From contig CAJARJ010000005.1 of the NCBI GenBank assembly GCA_903944345.1, positions 7,890-71,889 of the forward strand: a stretch of DNA of 64,000 nt, read 5' to 3'. Positions 60,372 to 64,000 of this stretch are shown here, in pieces; the first letter of the stretch is position 1, and every line of letters begins with the position of its first letter. Made by a program: the position numbers and the translations under genes. Under the pieces are notes generated by a model. That model made no database searches and had not been told where the DNA came from. It saw only the letters and a list, made by a program, of their open reading frames with translations. Source of the stretch: Candidatus Omnitrophota bacterium. GTDB lineage: Bacteria > Omnitrophota > Gorgyraeia > Zapsychrales > Fredricksoniimonadaceae.

Positions 60372-61745
60372 ATGAACCTGCGTTTATATCTTTCGCGCCA
60401 TTTGTTCAGCTCTCCGACCAGGATGGCCGTCATTGGCTTTCTTTCGCTGCTGACTACGGGAACATTCCTATTATCCTTGCCTGCGGCAACTGTCTCGGGG
60501 GATATAAGGCTGATCGACGCATTTTTTACAACCGTCTCGGCGGCCAGTGTGACGGGGTTGGCTACGATTGACATCGGAACATCTTTTACTCTTTTTGGGC
60601 AGATTATTATCCTTCTCACCGTACAAATCGGGGGAGTAGGGATCATGGCATTTTCAACGTTCTTTATTCTGATGGCTGGGCGAAAACCTGGTCTTCTTGA
60701 CGGAACAACCCTGAAAGACAGCTACACCCAGTCAGGAGAACATCATCCGGTTGATATATTAAAAAATATCATTTTTTTTACTTTTGCCATTGAAGGCATC
60801 GGGACACTTCTGCTCTTTTTACGTTTCATTCAGCAATATTCACCGCTGAAAGCATTTTATTTTGCAATTTTTCATTCAGTAGCCGCCTTTTGTAATGCTG
60901 GTTTTGCTCTTTTTCCTGACAATCTTATGTCTTATCGCGCTGACTGGTATGTCAATCTGGTCCTGGCCTTTCTTATCATTCTTGGCGGGATCGGTTTTCT
61001 TGTCTTTTTCGACCTGAGACGTTCTTTTTTATCGAAACGCTCTACGTGGGTTGAGATGAGCCTGCACTCCCGCTTAATCATTGTCACGACTGCATCCCTG
61101 CTTGTCGTAAGCACTTTGGCCATTCTTTGGCTGGAACGTAACAACACCATGCTGAACTTACCCTTGAACGAAAAAGTCCTGGCATCTTTCTTTGAAGCTG
61201 TCACTGCCCGGACTGCCGGTTTTAATACCATAGATCATTCCCTGATGGCCAGTGAGACCCTCTTTTTTATCATAATCCTTATGTTTATTGGCGGGGGAGC
61301 CGGCTCTTGCGCTGGCGGTGTCAAGATTTCTTCTGTCGGAGTTCTTTTACTAACGGGCATATCGCATTTACGCGGTTATGAACGTCCTCAAATCTTTCGT
61401 CGTTCCATCAGCCGCTCTTCCATTGAAAAAGCCTTCAGTGCGGTTTTATTAAGCTCGATTGCCGTTGTATTTCTTAGTCTGCTGGTCGCGGTTGTCGAGG
61501 AATTTAACCCCGCAATGCCTGCAGGCCGCGAAAAATTTCTTGAACTTATGTTTGAATCGGTGAGTGCTTTTGGCACAGTCGGACTTTCGACAGGAGTAAC
61601 ACCAAAATTCACGGATACAGGAAAATTCTTGTTGTGTATTCTTATGGCCATTGGCAAACTTGGCCCGTTAACACTGGCTCTGGCGGTCAGCCGACGCCGA
61701 ACCAAGAAGTTTTATTATTCAGAAGAAAATATCATGGTGGGATAA
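60372..61745 (+). CDS. ktrB: Ktr/Trk K+ uptake membrane subunit
   Basis: SVTGL, FCNAGF, ARTAGF, SAFGTVGLS filter motifs. Confidence 0.92.
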   Translation: MNLRLYLSRHLFSSPTRMAVIGFLSLLTTGTFLLSLPAATVSGDIRLIDAFFTTVSAASVTGLATIDIGTSFTLFGQIIILLTVQIGGVGIMAFSTFFILMAGRKPGLLDGTTLKDSYTQSGEHHPVDILKNIIFFTFAIEGIGTLLLFLRFIQQYSPLKAFYFAIFHSVAAFCNAGFALFPDNLMSYRADWYVNLVLAFLIILGGIGFLVFFDLRRSFLSKRSTWVEMSLHSRLIIVTTASLLVVSTLAILWLERNNTMLNLPLNEKVLASFFEAVTARTAGFNTIDHSLMASETLFFIIILMFIGGGAGSCAGGVKISSVGVLLLTGISHLRGYERPQIFRRSISRSSIEKAFSAVLLSSIAVVFLSLLVAVVEEFNPAMPAGREKFLELMFESVSAFGTVGLSTGVTPKFTDTGKFLLCILMAIGKLGPLTLALAVSRRRTKKFYYSEENIMVG

Positions 61746-61766
61746 CCCGCCGACAAGGAGAAAGCA

Positions 61767-62420
61767 ATGAAACAAGTCGTGATTATCGGTCTGGGCAACT
61801 TCGGCCACTTTCTCGCGAGGGAACTCTTCAGCAAAGGCTATGATGTCATGGCGATTGACAAGAATTCCGCCCGCGTCCAGGAGATCCAGGACAATGTCAC
61901 CCAGGCGATTGTGGCAGACGCAACTGATATATCCACGCTCCAGGATATAGGAGTAGACCGTGCCGACCTGGTTGTCATCTGCATCGGCACGCATCTTAGC
62001 GAGTCCATCCTGACAACCCTAAACGTCAAGGATCTTGGTGTCAAAAAGGTTTACGCCAAAGCCATGACCGAAGCCCACGGACGTATCCTTGAAAAAGTCG
62101 GAGCCACTGAAATATTCTATCCGGAGAAAGATCTGGCTATTGCCGTTGCCAGAAAGATCACTGACCCCAACATGATCGACTATATTCCGTTTATCGAAGG
62201 CTATACCATCGTTGAACTGGCTCCACCGCCGGCTTTTATCGGCTCAAAACTCAAGGATGTTAATCTGATTAATAAATACGGGGTTCAGGTTATGGCGATC
62301 AAGGACGTGATCAACGATAACCTGAATATTATTCCGACAGGGGATTATATTATTAAAGACAGCGACTTGTTGATTATGCTCGGGAAAAAAGAGAACATTG
62401 AACGCTTGCGGGCCAAATAA
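61767..62420 (+). CDS. ktrA: Ktr/Trk regulatory RCK subunit
   Basis: IGLGNFG RCK_N plus RCK_C; RBS AAGGAG. Confidence 0.92.
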   Translation: MKQVVIIGLGNFGHFLARELFSKGYDVMAIDKNSARVQEIQDNVTQAIVADATDISTLQDIGVDRADLVVICIGTHLSESILTTLNVKDLGVKKVYAKAMTEAHGRILEKVGATEIFYPEKDLAIAVARKITDPNMIDYIPFIEGYTIVELAPPPAFIGSKLKDVNLINKYGVQVMAIKDVINDNLNIIPTGDYIIKDSDLLIMLGKKENIERLRAK

Positions 62421-62424
62421 TGAA

Positions 62425-63798
62425 TCAGAGGCCCTTGAACTCTACCGCAATTTTCTGAACCACATCTTTTGCGTCGCCAAAAATCATACGGGTATTATCG
62501 TAATAGAAAAGCTCGTTCTCCACTCCGGCAAAGCCGGTATTCATCGAACGCTTTATAACAAAAACCGTTTTAGCCTTGAACGTTTCAATAATGGGCATTC
62601 CGTATATCGGGGAGGCTTTGTCGGTCATTGCTGCCGGATTAACCGTGTCATTGGCACCAACCACAATACAGACATCCACCGAGTCCATAGTCGGATTGAT
62701 ATTATCCATTTCCACCAACTGCTCATAGGGAACATTAGCTTCAGCCAGAAGAACATTCATATGACCCGGCATGCGGCCGGCAACCGGATGAATGGCATAC
62801 TTGACATCGGCTCCGTTTTTCTGTAACAATTCTCCCAACTCACGGACAACATGCTGGGCTTGAGCGACCGCAAGTCCGTATCCAGGCACAATAACCACCG
62901 AGCGGGCGGCTTCTAGCACCAGAAACGCATCCTGGGCAGAAACAGATTTTATCTCGCCTTTAACCGTACCCGAAATCTTCTTCTTTGCTGTACTAAACCC
63001 GCTAAAAAGAACATTGGACAGGGAACGGTTCATGGCCTTGCACATGATTTGGGTAAGAATAATCCCGCTTGCTCCAACCAGAGTTCCCGTGACAATCAGA
63101 ATGCTGTTCATGATTACAAAACCGGAAGCGCAGGCAGCAAGACCGGAATAACTGTTGAGAAGCGAGATGACCACAGGCATATCGGCTCCGCCAATAGGAA
63201 TGACAGAAGTCACGCCCAAGAGGAGAGATAAAACAAGAATGCCAAGAAAGACAGGATAAGACTGCGCAGGATGCCAGCAGTATATCACTCCTGCCAGCAT
63301 TAAAAGGACAAGAAGACCAGTGTTAAACCACTTCTGACCATTAAAAAGAATAGGCTTGGCGGAAAAAACACCATTTAATTTCCCCCAGGCAATCAGCGAC
63401 CCGGTAAACGTTACGCCGCCAATAAGAACAGTCAAGAAAGTTGAAACAGAAGTAAACAAATCACTGCGTGGGGTGAAATGATATGTGCTCCAGGCAACAA
63501 GCAGGGAAGCCAGGCCGCCAAAACCGTTAAGAATAGCCACCATTTCCGGCATTTGCGTCATTGCAACTGCATACGCCCAGAAAACACCAATAATTGTTCC
63601 AATCACAGCCCCGATAAGAATCCACTCAAATTCAAGCCCCTGGTTAAAAAGGGTTGCTGTAACGGCAAGCAGCATCGCCACGGCGGAAAGCAAATTTCCA
63701 TTTCGCGCGCTGTCCGGATGCGACATCATTTTGAGTCCCCAAATAAAAGCCGCAGCGGATAAAATATAAATAATATTGATCCAGAAATACGAATTCAT
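62425..63798 (-). CDS. pntB: NAD(P) transhydrogenase beta subunit
   Basis: MTQMPEMVA, IGGADMPVVIS.LNSYSG, VPGYG, HPVAGRMPGHMN, GANDTVNP. Confidence 0.98.
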   Translation of the reverse strand: MNSYFWINIIYILSAAAFIWGLKMMSHPDSARNGNLLSAVAMLLAVTATLFNQGLEFEWILIGAVIGTIIGVFWAYAVAMTQMPEMVAILNGFGGLASLLVAWSTYHFTPRSDLFTSVSTFLTVLIGGVTFTGSLIAWGKLNGVFSAKPILFNGQKWFNTGLLVLLMLAGVIYCWHPAQSYPVFLGILVLSLLLGVTSVIPIGGADMPVVISLLNSYSGLAACASGFVIMNSILIVTGTLVGASGIILTQIMCKAMNRSLSNVLFSGFSTAKKKISGTVKGEIKSVSAQDAFLVLEAARSVVIVPGYGLAVAQAQHVVRELGELLQKNGADVKYAIHPVAGRMPGHMNVLLAEANVPYEQLVEMDNINPTMDSVDVCIVVGANDTVNPAAMTDKASPIYGMPIIETFKAKTVFVIKRSMNTGFAGVENELFYYDNTRMIFGDAKDVVQKIAVEFKGL

Positions 63799-64000
63799 GT
63801 CTTTTTACCTTTGCCTTGTTCCCTGGATTTAAACATTTTTAACATGCGGTCAGTGACCAGATAGCCTCCAACCACATTGATCATTGCGGCCGCAACCGCC
63901 AACGTCCCCAGAAGAGAACAGAACCAGCTGCCCGGAGTAGCCCCGGCGGCAAGAATTGCGCCCACAATAGTAATACCGGAGATAGCGTTTGAACCGGACA
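63795..64000 (-). CDS. pntA: NAD(P) transhydrogenase alpha subunit membrane part (5'-partial)
   Basis: Reverse strand reads SGSNAISGITIVGA...INVVGGYLVTDRMLKMFK; stop overlaps the pntB start. Confidence 0.93.
   Translation of the reverse strand, partial: SGSNAISGITIVGAILAAGATPGSWFCSLLGTLAVAAAMINVVGGYLVTDRMLKMFKSREQGKGKKT

Overview
A gene-dense bacterial chromosome segment (code 11) of mostly housekeeping genes. All called genes lie on the + strand until the convergent pnt genes at the right end. Gene content suggests Omnitrophota/PVC-like affinity; this is an inference, based on a TMTC-like TPR glycosyltransferase, a multi-TM sensor kinase, cdaA together with pdxA/pdxJ, and fused secDF. Order: metX-metW-xseAB, a partial men cluster, sodA, rluA-like, RRM protein, a four-gene signalling cassette, CCA enzyme, amtB-glnK, recA-recX-alaS-his-trpE-rpsP-yajC-secDF-mfd-surA-pdxA-rsmA, gatCAB-ctpA-tsaD, a bactofilin/HTH pair, tRNA-Met-tilS-ftsH-folP-cdaA-pdxJ-acpS-nnrD, the atp operon, ktrBA and pntAB. 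No CRISPR array, IS or prophage was seen. Most notable: (1) a bactofilin fused to an Xis/BldC-like HTH and coupled to a membrane-anchored HTH protein; (2) three ANTAR-type hairpins overlapping a terminator, plus a small ORF, ahead of amtB-glnK; (3) a phosphorelay containing DHp-like helical proteins; (4) a 630-aa minimal Mfd; (5) a 33-aa mini-CdaR missed by the ORF track; (6) a GIY-YIG/TrpE in-frame fusion; (7) HisB with altered metal ligands; (8) a degenerate MenE. All family calls come from motif recognition by eye, not database searches.
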